Shown: piece by piece, positions 24,289-32,606 of the stretch | Position numbering within the stretch: the first letter of the stretch is position 1 | How the letters are laid out: each line of letters starts with the position of its first letter | Origin: an uncultured Planctomycetia bacterium | Lineage (GTDB): Bacteria; Planctomycetota; Phycisphaerae; Phycisphaerales; SM1A02 | NCBI GenBank assembly: GCA_937871505.1 | Contig: CALMPF010000023.1 | Location: 471 to 64,470 of the forward strand | Direction of reading: 5' to 3' | DNA length: 64,000 bases | Translations under genes and position numbers: made by a program | The notes under the pieces: generated by a model | What the model was told of the DNA's origin: nothing | Seen by the model: the letters and a program-made list of their open reading frames with translations, nothing else | Database searches by the model: none

Positions 24289-25859
24289 CGAATCCAGGCG
24301 ACACGCTCGTGGTCCGCGCCGCGGAGTGGCGCCGCATCCGGAGCGCCGCGCGTGCTGCGGAGTTTGCACCGCAGCGCCGCAGCCGAGAGCCGGACGCGAT
24401 GCTGGGGCTGTCACAGACGCTCGCGTTGGTCAGGAACGATCACTCGGTGACCATCCCACGATTCGGCGGCGTGCTGCTGCTGGACAGCGTCTTCGACGGC
24501 GCGGTGGCCGCGCAGCAGGGTGAGTGGGCGAAGCGAGTCGTGCTGAGCGGGCGCAACAGCGTGGCCGGATCGCTCACGTCCTGGGTGGGCGTCGCGATGC
24601 GAGACATCGAGCAGGGCCGCATCGGCCGGGTCTGCACCGGCGGCGTCTGTCACGCTCTGGTCAACCTCACCAACGCGGCCCACCGGTACGCCACGATCGC
24701 AGCCTCGGGCACGGCTCTGGCCAGCGCTGCCCGCGGTCCGATCCGCATCCTCGCGATCACGCCCGGCGCGCCCGAGACCGGCGAGAAGTACTGCATCGTC
24801 TGGGTCGGCCCGCCGCTCTCCGAGCCGACCGAGATCTACGCCAGGATCACCGCGGCGACGGCCATCGACGGCGCGGCCAACCGCTGGTGGTACTCGTGGG
24901 AGGAGGTCGAGTGGAGCACCACCGCGAACGTGTGGGAGCCGCGCGCCGGAGGTTTGTCCGGGGGCCCCGACAGCGGGCTCGGGCCCGCGGTCAACTCCGT
25001 CGAGAACGATAACGACGGCGAGCATCGCGAGAGCGCCGGCGTCGACCTCGACTCCGGCGACGCGACGGTCACCCTGCTGCCGATCGGCGCGAACGAGCTG
25101 ATGCCGGTCTACCTGCTGCGTCGCGTCATCGAGGGCGACGAGCCCGAGGCGGGAGTCTGGGAGTTCCGCGCCGAGAACGACGTCGACGTCGAGTGTGCAG
25201 AGCCGATCGACGATGCAGCGCCGATCCTCTACTCCGCGTTTGGCGCGCTCGGTGGGCTGCTCACAGGGCTCGGCGCGGGCGACGCAGGCGAACTGCTCCC
25301 CGGCGCTGATCACACGGTCATCGTCGCAGCCTCCACTGCCGACGAGGGCCTCGCGTACGACTATCGGCACCGCCTCATCGCGGCGCCGATGACGGCCGAT
25401 GGCAGCCCGGTCGCGAACACGACGACGGAGACCGCGATCGCCACCGTCGCCGTCGGGGCGCTCATGGACGCCGTCGGCGCGTGCCTCCGCGTCACGTTCG
25501 CCGGAGACATCCAGTCCACCGGATCGAGCGTCTCGTGCACACTGCGGCTGAAGCTCGGCGGAGTGACGATCCGCACATGGGTCTTCACGTTCGCCTCGAC
25601 GACGGGCGGTGCCGCCGGATGGACCGCTGGCGCCGTCATCACCACGCGGACCGCAGGCGCCACAGGGAACGTGCATGTAGCTGATCTCGGTGGCGGCGTG
25701 CTCCGGACGATGCTCCAGCTCGCAGCAGGCGAAACGAGCGGCGCGATCGATCTCACCGACGCCGGCAACGACCTCGAGCTCACCGCGCAGTGGTCGGCCG
25801 CATCGACGAATCACTCCGTGCAGGTCGAGCAGGTGCTCACAGAGGGGCTGACGCTGTGA
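24285..25859 (+). CDS. Tail tip/hub protein candidate (524 aa)
   Basis: GTGA overlap at 24285. The call rests on position in the tail-tip block. Confidence 0.45.
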   Translation: MTNPGDTLVVRAAEWRRIRSAARAAEFAPQRRSREPDAMLGLSQTLALVRNDHSVTIPRFGGVLLLDSVFDGAVAAQQGEWAKRVVLSGRNSVAGSLTSWVGVAMRDIEQGRIGRVCTGGVCHALVNLTNAAHRYATIAASGTALASAARGPIRILAITPGAPETGEKYCIVWVGPPLSEPTEIYARITAATAIDGAANRWWYSWEEVEWSTTANVWEPRAGGLSGGPDSGLGPAVNSVENDNDGEHRESAGVDLDSGDATVTLLPIGANELMPVYLLRRVIEGDEPEAGVWEFRAENDVDVECAEPIDDAAPILYSAFGALGGLLTGLGAGDAGELLPGADHTVIVAASTADEGLAYDYRHRLIAAPMTADGSPVANTTTETAIATVAVGALMDAVGACLRVTFAGDIQSTGSSVSCTLRLKLGGVTIRTWVFTFASTTGGAAGWTAGAVITTRTAGATGNVHVADLGGGVLRTMLQLAAGETSGAIDLTDAGNDLELTAQWSAASTNHSVQVEQVLTEGLTL

Positions 25860-26581
25860 GTGCGCTGCGGAAGATCGGATGTTGCTGTGGGCCTGGCGGC
25901 GGCGGCGAGATCCTGTGCAGCCAGTTCGGGCCGCCGACGTGCCCATCGTCGTACGCGGTGAGTTGGACCGGGTGCCAGTGGAGGATGTTCCAGGCGATTG
26001 GCGGCCCATACCTCGACATCGAATGGACCATCTACGGGACGATGCACTACATCAATCGCCCACCGTTCGAGCCAACGTTCCCGTACCTGTATCGCGCTGG
26101 CAATCCGGGCCTCCTGCCGCCGTACAACGCGTCTTGGGGTCCGCCAACGAACCAACTGACGGCCGAAATCAGAACCATCGCGAACACGGTCCCACACCCC
26201 GAACCAGGTTGGGATTGCGTGATTCAGTCTGTCGCGTTCCCGGTCGGGCTGTCAATGCAGGTCGGCTGCTTTCCGTCGTCTGGGATGCTGAGTGCATCCG
26301 CTGCCGACGGGCCAGTGCTCTCGCTAGATGGCAGTGGTGGATGTTCGGCGTTCGGGCTCGGTCCTGACGGTTTCGCGGCGAGTTGGAAGAACCTCCCACC
26401 ATTCACCGGGTTCGTGCCGATGGCTCAGACGAGTACAGACGGGTGCTTGGGCGGCATCTCCGCGAGCAGCATCCGCGACAGCATTCTCTCACAGGTGGGT
26501 GCGCTCAATCCTGACTGCTGGGGCGGACCATCCAACCAGTTCATCGTGCTCTTGTCGCCGGGATCGCTATCCATCACGTGA
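25856..26581 (+). CDS. Cys-rich tail tip/receptor-binding candidate (241 aa)
   Basis: GTGA overlap at 25856. The product has many Cys residues (GCCCGPGGGGEILCSQFGPPTCPSS...). The DNA looks locally less GC-rich than its neighbours. Confidence 0.4.
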   Translation: MSALRKIGCCCGPGGGGEILCSQFGPPTCPSSYAVSWTGCQWRMFQAIGGPYLDIEWTIYGTMHYINRPPFEPTFPYLYRAGNPGLLPPYNASWGPPTNQLTAEIRTIANTVPHPEPGWDCVIQSVAFPVGLSMQVGCFPSSGMLSASAADGPVLSLDGSGGCSAFGLGPDGFAASWKNLPPFTGFVPMAQTSTDGCLGGISASSIRDSILSQVGALNPDCWGGPSNQFIVLLSPGSLSIT

Positions 26582-26904
26582 CCAATCCACGCCCAATCGT
26601 CCGATGCGCTCATTGGTCGCCCGCTGCGTGCCCTGGCGCGGGGACGTGCGCGCTCGGACTCCACGGCGGCACGCCGTCGCTCGGCGTGTGCATGATCTCC
26701 TGCGACCAGTACGACGGCCCCGATCGCGGCGCCGGCGACACGCTCCACCGCGCGATCAAGGCGGCGCAGGAAGCCGCACGCAAGCTCCACCTCGCCGCCG
26801 CGCGTTCTCGCGACATCCCACCATGCGGCGGCTGCGGTCGGCGCCGTGCCGCACTCAATCGCTTCCTCCCGTACAGCGGCCATGCCGCGCAGGAATCTCC
26901 ATGA
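26578..26904 (+). CDS. Cys-rich small protein (108 aa)
   Basis: GTGA overlap at 26578. It has Cys clusters (CAHWSPAACPGAGTCALG, CMISCDQY, CGGCGRRRAALN). Confidence 0.4.
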   Translation: MTNPRPIVRCAHWSPAACPGAGTCALGLHGGTPSLGVCMISCDQYDGPDRGAGDTLHRAIKAAQEAARKLHLAAARSRDIPPCGGCGRRRAALNRFLPYSGHAAQESP

Positions 26905-27539
26905 GCTACGCCACTCAGAGCGCCTCACGATCGACGATGAACGCCGACAAGGCCGTCATGCTGACCGCAGGGGGCACCCAGTGGGGCGTGGCGAACGGCA
27001 ACGCTCTCGCGCTCACCGATCCGAGCGCTCTGCTCGCGGTCGATCCGCAGGCGGTGATCGACGGAGTGGCGGCGCAGCACGCTCACGTCGTTCCGATCCG
27101 CCTGACCGATCACACGGGCCTGCTCCGGTCCATCTACCTGCGGATGTGCGTCGCGTGGGCGTCCACGGCGTCCGGCGTCACGCTGGCGACGACTCCGCGG
27201 GTCGCGGTCCTCGGGCGCCTCGACGCGCCGAACCCGTCGTCTGTCGTGCTGCCGCACCAGGTGAATGGCGCGTGGCCGAACATCGGATCGCCGTCGCTGG
27301 GCGGACGCGGCAACTGGGACCGGCTCCCCGACCTCGAGGGGACCTCCGACGTGGATCTCGCCGGCGACATCGCAGTCGCAGGCAGCTACATGAGCGGCGA
27401 GACCCCGATGTTCTTCCGGCTGGGCCGCCCGGTCGACGTCGCGCTCAGAGGCGCCACGGACGCCCAGATCCACATCGTCCGTGCTGGCGCCCTGAGCGGC
27501 GCCGGGACCGCGATGGTGCTCTACCGACTCTGGTCCTGA
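26901..27539 (+). CDS. Tail-associated hypothetical protein (212 aa)
   Basis: ATGA overlap at 26901. I recognised no family. Confidence 0.45.
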   Translation: MSYATQSASRSTMNADKAVMLTAGGTQWGVANGNALALTDPSALLAVDPQAVIDGVAAQHAHVVPIRLTDHTGLLRSIYLRMCVAWASTASGVTLATTPRVAVLGRLDAPNPSSVVLPHQVNGAWPNIGSPSLGGRGNWDRLPDLEGTSDVDLAGDIAVAGSYMSGETPMFFRLGRPVDVALRGATDAQIHIVRAGALSGAGTAMVLYRLWS

Positions 27540-27561
27540 TCCGCACGCAGGAGCCCTGACG

Positions 27562-29055
27562 ATGACGCTCGCACACTACACCGCAGTCCCGATCATGACA
27601 TGCTCGCCAGCGCTGCGGCGAGTCCTGAGACGCGACGTCTTTCTCGCGTCGCTCGAGCGCGACATCGCGCTGGCGGGAGTCGGCGACTCGCGCGTCAGCG
27701 GGCAGGGCGCATCGGGCGTCGACCTCCTCGCTACGCTCGACTACGGCTTCGCCGCGTGGTCCGGCGGCACGTCGCACTCGATCTGGCGCTACGGCAGCGC
27801 CACCCGCGCGCACTTCGGCAACTTCGCCACGAACACGCTCGGATTCCAGACCACGACGGCGTACACGATCGCCGAGATGCCGCCGCGCTGGCGAACGAAC
27901 GGGCCGCGTCAGCTGCGCAGCGGCGCCACGACGCAGGGCATCGGCTACTGCATCCATCCGGACGGCATCGGGCTGGTGCGCCCGCACAATCGCACCATCG
28001 AGCCCGGCCTCCTCTCCGCAGGCACGTACGCGTGCGACGTGATGTGCCTGACGCAGACGGATCCGATCCCGGGCACGCAGCTCACGGGGCGCCTGCGCCG
28101 ACACAACCTGATCGGCCCCGAATGGAATATCGCTGCGAGTCAGACGATCACGATCGACACGCCGGGGCTCAACGCGCCGAAGGGCGTCGCCCACGTGTTC
28201 ACGTTCGGCGGACTGTCGCTCGGCGATTTCCCGCGCGCGACGCTCGCGATCCAAGCGAACATCGACGGTGCGGGGACCGGGACGATCGTCGCGGCCGGTC
28301 GCCTGCGCGGCGAGGGCGTGGAGCCTCGCGGACTGCGCGTCGAGAGCCTGAGCGACGGCGGCTATCAGACGACCTCGTTCGCCGGCAACCACGGCTCGTG
28401 CAAGTGGATCGTCGACGCGATGGGCACGCCCATCATGGCCCTCGTCTACTGCGACATCAACGACTTCTATTCCGGCGCCGGCGTGAGCGCGGCCACGTAC
28501 GAGGCGCGCCTGCGGGACTCGCTGCTGCCGTGGATCCAGTCATACCTCGGCATCCCCTACGTCGTGCTCATCGCGGGCCTGTGGCATCAGGCTTCCGGGG
28601 CCAACTGGAGCACGAGCAAGGACGAGCAGTTCGTGCAGCACGCTGCCGTGCATCAGCGCGTCGCCGAGGATCTGCGCGACAGCGTGCTGGCGTTCAACCT
28701 GGCCCGCGCGATGCACGCTCGCGGGATGACGCGCGCCAACGAGGACCTCTCCGCGACGACCGACGCCGGCGTGTGGGCCGACGCGACGGCCTACGCCGCG
28801 AACGCACGCGTCACGATCCCGAACGGCGGTCGCACGTGGAGGTGCGTCGTCCCGCACACGTCAGACCTCGCGCTCAATCACCCCGTGAGCGGCACGAACT
28901 ACCTCTCATTCTGGAAGGAGATGGTGCTCATGGTGGACAACGCGCACAACCGGGACGTCGGCGCGAACATCGTCGGGAGCGCCATCGTCGATTCCCTCAC
29001 CAATTTCTTTGTGCCGGAGGGTGGGGCCCAGCGCGGTCCCTACTACCACGCATGA
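27562..29055 (+). CDS. Tail fibre/receptor-binding protein with a possible SGNH-esterase core and a CBM5/12-like C-terminal motif
   Basis: MALVYCDINDFYSG resembles the SGNH GxND block. GVWADATAYAANARVTIPNGGRTWRCVVPHTSDLALNHPVSGTNYLSFW resembles the CBM5/12 pattern W..taY..G..V...G..y.c...h.s.....P......W. Confidence 0.4.
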   Translation: MTLAHYTAVPIMTCSPALRRVLRRDVFLASLERDIALAGVGDSRVSGQGASGVDLLATLDYGFAAWSGGTSHSIWRYGSATRAHFGNFATNTLGFQTTTAYTIAEMPPRWRTNGPRQLRSGATTQGIGYCIHPDGIGLVRPHNRTIEPGLLSAGTYACDVMCLTQTDPIPGTQLTGRLRRHNLIGPEWNIAASQTITIDTPGLNAPKGVAHVFTFGGLSLGDFPRATLAIQANIDGAGTGTIVAAGRLRGEGVEPRGLRVESLSDGGYQTTSFAGNHGSCKWIVDAMGTPIMALVYCDINDFYSGAGVSAATYEARLRDSLLPWIQSYLGIPYVVLIAGLWHQASGANWSTSKDEQFVQHAAVHQRVAEDLRDSVLAFNLARAMHARGMTRANEDLSATTDAGVWADATAYAANARVTIPNGGRTWRCVVPHTSDLALNHPVSGTNYLSFWKEMVLMVDNAHNRDVGANIVGSAIVDSLTNFFVPEGGAQRGPYYHA

Positions 29056-29309
29056 CACTGGACCAGATCTACAGCGAGAAGCTCCGAGAGCAGCTCACGC
29101 AGTGGGACATCAGCGAGGTGGAGCTCGTCGGCACGACCGGCGACGGCTCGACGATCCTCTATGCGCTCGCGGATGGTCGGTTCGCGGCCGACTCGGTCGG
29201 AGACGACTCGGCTGAGGATCCGGCACCGCGCATCTACGGCGGCGCGGAAGAGCTGCCCGACTACCTCGCGAGTCTGCTGAGTCTGGACGACGATGAGGAG
29301 GACCAGTGA
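29052..29309 (+). CDS. Acidic small protein (85 aa)
   Basis: ATGA overlap at 29052. The C-terminus is LLSLDDDEEDQ. Confidence 0.45.
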   Translation: MTLDQIYSEKLREQLTQWDISEVELVGTTGDGSTILYALADGRFAADSVGDDSAEDPAPRIYGGAEELPDYLASLLSLDDDEEDQ

Positions 29310-29626
29310 CCGGGCGCAACAGCCGAGGCGAGACCGTCCAGGTGAGGGTGAGCGTCGGCGTGATCGTCACTGCCGCGCTCACGATCGTCCTCGCGATCGG
29401 CGGCGCGATCGTGTCACAGACGATCGCAGCGAACGTCGCTGCGGCGCGGCATGACGAGCGGATGATCGCGCTGAAGGACGAGCTGCGCGGGATCCGCGAG
29501 CAGATCCGGATCGAGATGGCGCACCAGCAGGCCATGTCGGCGGTGCGCGTCGAGCAGATCGACTGGAGGCTCGTCGCGATCGAGACGTGGATCTCGTCTC
29601 GGTTCGCGCGCCCCCTCGGCGAGTGA
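29306..29626 (+). CDS. Membrane-anchored coiled-coil protein (holin/spanin-like candidate)
   Basis: One transmembrane span (VGVIVTAALTIVLAIGGAIVSQTIAANVAA) is followed by a helical region. The gene lies at the end of the late operon. I recognised no endolysin nearby. Confidence 0.4.
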   Translation: MTGRNSRGETVQVRVSVGVIVTAALTIVLAIGGAIVSQTIAANVAAARHDERMIALKDELRGIREQIRIEMAHQQAMSAVRVEQIDWRLVAIETWISSRFARPLGE

Positions 29627-29669
29627 CCACACCCACCCCAGCAGCGGCACGGCCGCGGAGCAGAGAACC

Positions 29670-30305
29670 ATGCACAGCAGTCCTGAGTCTGTGTCGTCGC
29701 AGGTCGTCGGCGACGCGCTGTCGTTCGTCGTCGCGGGAGAGACGCCAGAGCATCACGGGCTCGTCGGTGTACGCGCCAGGATCCCGGTGCCGATGATCGT
29801 GGATCTGCGCCGGCACCAGCAGCTCTCCGGACACCTCGGTATCGCGATCACCGGACTGCACGACGGCGAGGTCGGCGCGCAGCCGGTCTCCGACTACGCG
29901 TTCGCGCTCATCGCGCGACCGGAGGCCGACCGCGACGGCGACGGCGTCGTCGACGGTGCGGATCTCGGCATCGTGCTCGATCTCGCGTCGCTGAGCCCGG
30001 ACTCGCCGCCGCCGGACGTCGGCGCTGCGGTCGGAGACGTGCTCGCGCACTGGGGCGAGACCGGCCCGCGGATCGCGCGGGCGTGGGGCGTGCAGGCCGG
30101 CGGATCCCCGTGGATGCTCCATGGCACCGGGCGCGGCCGGATCGCGCAGACGGTCACCCCGACGCTGTGGATGGACACCGACCACCTCGGACGAGTGGTG
30201 CTGGCGATCGATGTCGCGGTGACCCAGCGGACCCAGTACCAGATCTTCGGTTCGCTGCGACTCCCGCTGCCGGCCTCGGCTCCGGAGTCCGCGCCGATTA
30301 CCTGA
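29670..30305 (+). CDS. Hypothetical protein with a dockerin/EF-hand-like motif
   Basis: DRDGDGVVDGADLGIVL resembles the C-terminal motifs of host proteins 50763-52205 and 59212-61188. Confidence 0.5.
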   Translation: MHSSPESVSSQVVGDALSFVVAGETPEHHGLVGVRARIPVPMIVDLRRHQQLSGHLGIAITGLHDGEVGAQPVSDYAFALIARPEADRDGDGVVDGADLGIVLDLASLSPDSPPPDVGAAVGDVLAHWGETGPRIARAWGVQAGGSPWMLHGTGRGRIAQTVTPTLWMDTDHLGRVVLAIDVAVTQRTQYQIFGSLRLPLPASAPESAPIT

Positions 30306-30314
30306 CACCGCATC

Positions 30315-30386
30315 GTCGCCCGGCGTGCCGGGCGACGACACCCGGGGCAGTTCGCGTTCCGCCGGCTGGCGCCGGCGGAACGCGAA
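30315..30386 (+). terminator. Two tandem strong hairpins at the end of the late operon
   Basis: The first is GTCGCCCGG-cgtg-CCGGGCGAC (30315-30336). The second is TTCGCGTTCCGCCGGC-tggc-GCCGGCGGAACGCGAA (30351-30386). They are followed by an A-run, not a T-run, so they are not canonical intrinsic terminators. Confidence 0.4.
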
Positions 30387-30404
30387 AAAAAAGATGCGTC
30401 CCTG

Positions 30405-30432
30405 TTGACGGGGGCCGCTGACGTGGTATGCT
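30405..30432 (+). promoter_or_regulatory. Sigma70-like promoter (TTGACG-N16-TATGCT)
   Basis: The -35 is TTGACG (30405-30410) and the -10 is TATGCT (30427-30432), preceded by TGG. It lies upstream of the small-gene block that starts at 30520. Confidence 0.5.
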
Positions 30433-30463
30433 CTGGGTGTCGATCGGGAGTCCGATCGACCTC

Positions 30464-30519
30464 AGCCCGCGGAGATCGCGGGAGACTGACGCCCGGCACG
30501 GCCGGGAGGAGAGACAACG
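30464..30519 (+). promoter_or_regulatory. Double-hairpin leader module, copy 1
   Basis: AGCCCGCGGAGATCGCGGGAG forms a CCCGCG/CGCGGG stem with loop GAGAT. CCCGGCACGGCCGGG forms a hairpin whose 3' arm runs into the SD GGGAGGAGAG. The ATG follows at 30520. Confidence 0.5.
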
Positions 30520-30783
30520 ATGACCAGCAACTACCGATGGGTCTGGCAGACTGCCAGCCGTGACCAAGGTCAGATCGTCGCGCGCCAGTACCCCCAGCTC
30601 CTCCGCGCCGCGGAGGGCGAAGAGGGCACGCTGACCCGACACCAGCTGCGGCTCCACCGCGACCACGGCGACGGGACCTGGACCATCACGAGCCGCGGGC
30701 GGACCGTCGCCAGCGGCGGCGCGGGCGACCCGATCCCAGAGCCTGCCGCCGCCGCCGCTGCGGCGAAGCGTGCAGGCGAGTGA
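30520..30783 (+). CDS. Hypothetical small protein (87 aa)
   Basis: Strong SD (GGGAGGAGAG). The product begins MTSNYRWVWQTASRDQGQIVARQYPQLLRAAEGEEG. Confidence 0.55.
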   Translation: MTSNYRWVWQTASRDQGQIVARQYPQLLRAAEGEEGTLTRHQLRLHRDHGDGTWTITSRGRTVASGGAGDPIPEPAAAAAAAKRAGE

Positions 30784-30853
30784 TCCCTTCCGCGGCATCC
30801 TTGCCGCGGCCCCGTTGACCGCCCCGCGCCGCAACGTGCGGCGCGGGGCCTCA

Positions 30854-30913
30854 AGCCCGCGGAGATCGCGGGAGACACCACACGCCCCGGCCACGCCGGG
30901 AGGAGAGACGACC
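30854..30913 (+). promoter_or_regulatory. Double-hairpin leader module, copy 2
   Basis: Same AGCCCGCGGAGATCGCGGGAG hairpin, plus CCCGGC-cac-GCCGGG and the SD AGGAGAGAC. The ATG follows at 30914. Confidence 0.5.
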
Positions 30914-31177
30914 ATGAGGATCTACACGGCGGAGATCGGCGACGGGTGCAGCCGCAACGGAGGAGGCACCACATCGTTTCGCGCTGCCTCCCTCGCGCGA
31001 GCATGGCAGCTCGCGGAGGAATGGACTCTGGAAGGGGACTGGGGCCTCGCAGCCCCCGGCGAGTCCGTCGAAGTCACCCTCTCGGCGGGTGGTCGAGTCA
31101 TCGACCAGCGTCGGATCGTGATTTGCGAGCCGGACGTCGCGGCGGACATCCGTGACGACTACGACGCCCCAGCCTGA
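30914..31177 (+). CDS. Hypothetical small protein (87 aa)
   Basis: Internal ATG of ORF 30770-31177, preceded by the conserved SD. The product begins MRIYTAEIGDGCSRNGGGTTSFRAASLARAWQLAEEW. Confidence 0.5.
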   Translation: MRIYTAEIGDGCSRNGGGTTSFRAASLARAWQLAEEWTLEGDWGLAAPGESVEVTLSAGGRVIDQRRIVICEPDVAADIRDDYDAPA

Positions 31178-31184
31178 CATCACC

Positions 31185-31237
31185 AGCCCGCGGAGATCGC
31201 GGGAGCAACACACCCGGCACGGCCGGGAGGAGAGACA
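31185..31237 (+). promoter_or_regulatory. Double-hairpin leader module, copy 3
   Basis: Same two hairpins and SD as copies 1 and 2. The ATG follows at 31238. Confidence 0.5.
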
Positions 31238-31765
31238 ATGGCCACGCGCCGACGCCAAATCGAGGATCTGCTACGTCGTCTCGGAGTGTCCGAGCTTCTT
31301 CCTCGCGCCCTGCGCGCCGAGGATAACCAATGGGGAGACATCTGTGAGTACATCCGCCTCGGGCACGCGGCGGAGCTCGTGGACTGCGGCCTGCGCGAGT
31401 GCGCAGGCTGCGCCGAGCCGATCGAGGACATCGGGCACCCCGACTACGACGGCGGCACAGTAGAGCTAGCCGACGGAACCCTGCTCTGCGACGGCTGCCA
31501 CGAGGCAGCCGAGGAGGCGCGGGCGAAGATCGTGGTGGAGTACGTCGAGGAGGCGGATGAATGGTTCGAGGACCGCTCGGCACTCTCCCATGAGGAGGCC
31601 GAGATGGCTCGGTACCTCGATCGCGCCGACGAGCACGCGGCCTACGAGGCACGATCCTGGGTGTCGGTGTGCCCGCGCAACGAGCGACGGGCGTTCTGCC
31701 GGCATCAGGACTCGATCGACATCCAGCGTTGGCTGCGCGGCAAGACCGTGCGCAAGGACGCATGA
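31238..31765 (+). CDS. Hypothetical protein with Cys pairs (175 aa)
   Basis: CGLRECAGCAEP...LLCDGCHEAAEE suggests a zinc-binding element. It has the conserved SD. Confidence 0.5.
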   Translation: MATRRRQIEDLLRRLGVSELLPRALRAEDNQWGDICEYIRLGHAAELVDCGLRECAGCAEPIEDIGHPDYDGGTVELADGTLLCDGCHEAAEEARAKIVVEYVEEADEWFEDRSALSHEEAEMARYLDRADEHAAYEARSWVSVCPRNERRAFCRHQDSIDIQRWLRGKTVRKDA

Positions 31766-31825
31766 CATCACCCGCCACGCGCCGCACCGTGCGGCGCGGG
31801 ACCGCACACATGAAGGAGACACGCA

Positions 31826-32152
31826 GTGCACATCGACATCGACGGCCTCCGCCGCGCGCTGGCGCGACTCGGGCCAGACATCACACTCGAACGCGCCGGC
31901 TGCGGCGCGGTGTGGGTGCGGCCTGCGCGCGGCCTCAAGATCTTCCTCGGGGGCTCGACCTGGACCAGCGGCTCGCTCGCGATCGACGCGTCCTGCGCCG
32001 ATCTGCGCGGCAAGGTCCTCGCCCTGCGCATCGCCAGACTGCTCGCGCAGGGCTGGCAGTCGATCCTGGTGGCGATCGGAGGATCGACAGTCGTCTTCGC
32101 CGGCGGGCGCATGATCGGCCGCGTGCCCGAGGCCCCAGACGCACATGCCTGA
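31826..32152 (+). CDS. Hypothetical protein (108 aa)
   Basis: GTG start 7 nt after AAGGAGAC. Confidence 0.45.
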   Translation: MHIDIDGLRRALARLGPDITLERAGCGAVWVRPARGLKIFLGGSTWTSGSLAIDASCADLRGKVLALRIARLLAQGWQSILVAIGGSTVVFAGGRMIGRVPEAPDAHA

Positions 32153-32606
32153 CACCGCGCACGCCCCGTCGATGGTCTGGGTGACCCATCGAGTCGACTC
32201 CACCGGGATGATCGACATCTCGGCCGTGGTCGTCCCTGAGGGAGACGAGCCACCTTCGGGTGTCGATCACCCGGCTCCGCCGGTGCCGGTGCCTGGCATG
32301 ACCTATCGCAGCAGGCTGCTGCCGATCGCGCTGCCGGGTCGGATCGCAGATCAGATCGCGCGCAGCTACATCACCGTGATGGGGGAGACGGCTCAGCAGC
32401 GTGCGCAGGTCGAGCCGCTCCCGGCGCGCGACGCGGCCGCGATCCTCTTCGCCGCGGTGGTCGGGTCGCGGCGCATCGCGCGGATGATCGCCGAGCAGCG
32501 CGGGTGCGGCGGCGGGTCGCGAGATCTCGATCTCGCGATCGGCCGCGCGCTGATCGCAGACCCGGCCGCACTGACCGCGGCGCTGATGGAGGTGGTGAGT
32601 GGGTGA
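32145..32606 (+). CDS. Hypothetical protein (153 aa)
   Basis: ATG overlaps the upstream 3' end. Composition is balanced. Confidence 0.45.
   Translation: MPDTAHAPSMVWVTHRVDSTGMIDISAVVVPEGDEPPSGVDHPAPPVPVPGMTYRSRLLPIALPGRIADQIARSYITVMGETAQQRAQVEPLPARDAAAILFAAVVGSRRIARMIAEQRGCGGGSRDLDLAIGRALIADPAALTAALMEVVSG

Noticed and set aside
30351-30392. Canonical rho-independent terminator at the end of the late operon.
   Set aside because: The 16-bp stem is followed by an A-run on the plus strand, which puts the T-run 5' of the stem on the minus strand. It therefore fits the intrinsic-terminator rule in neither direction. I kept it only as a low-confidence hairpin.
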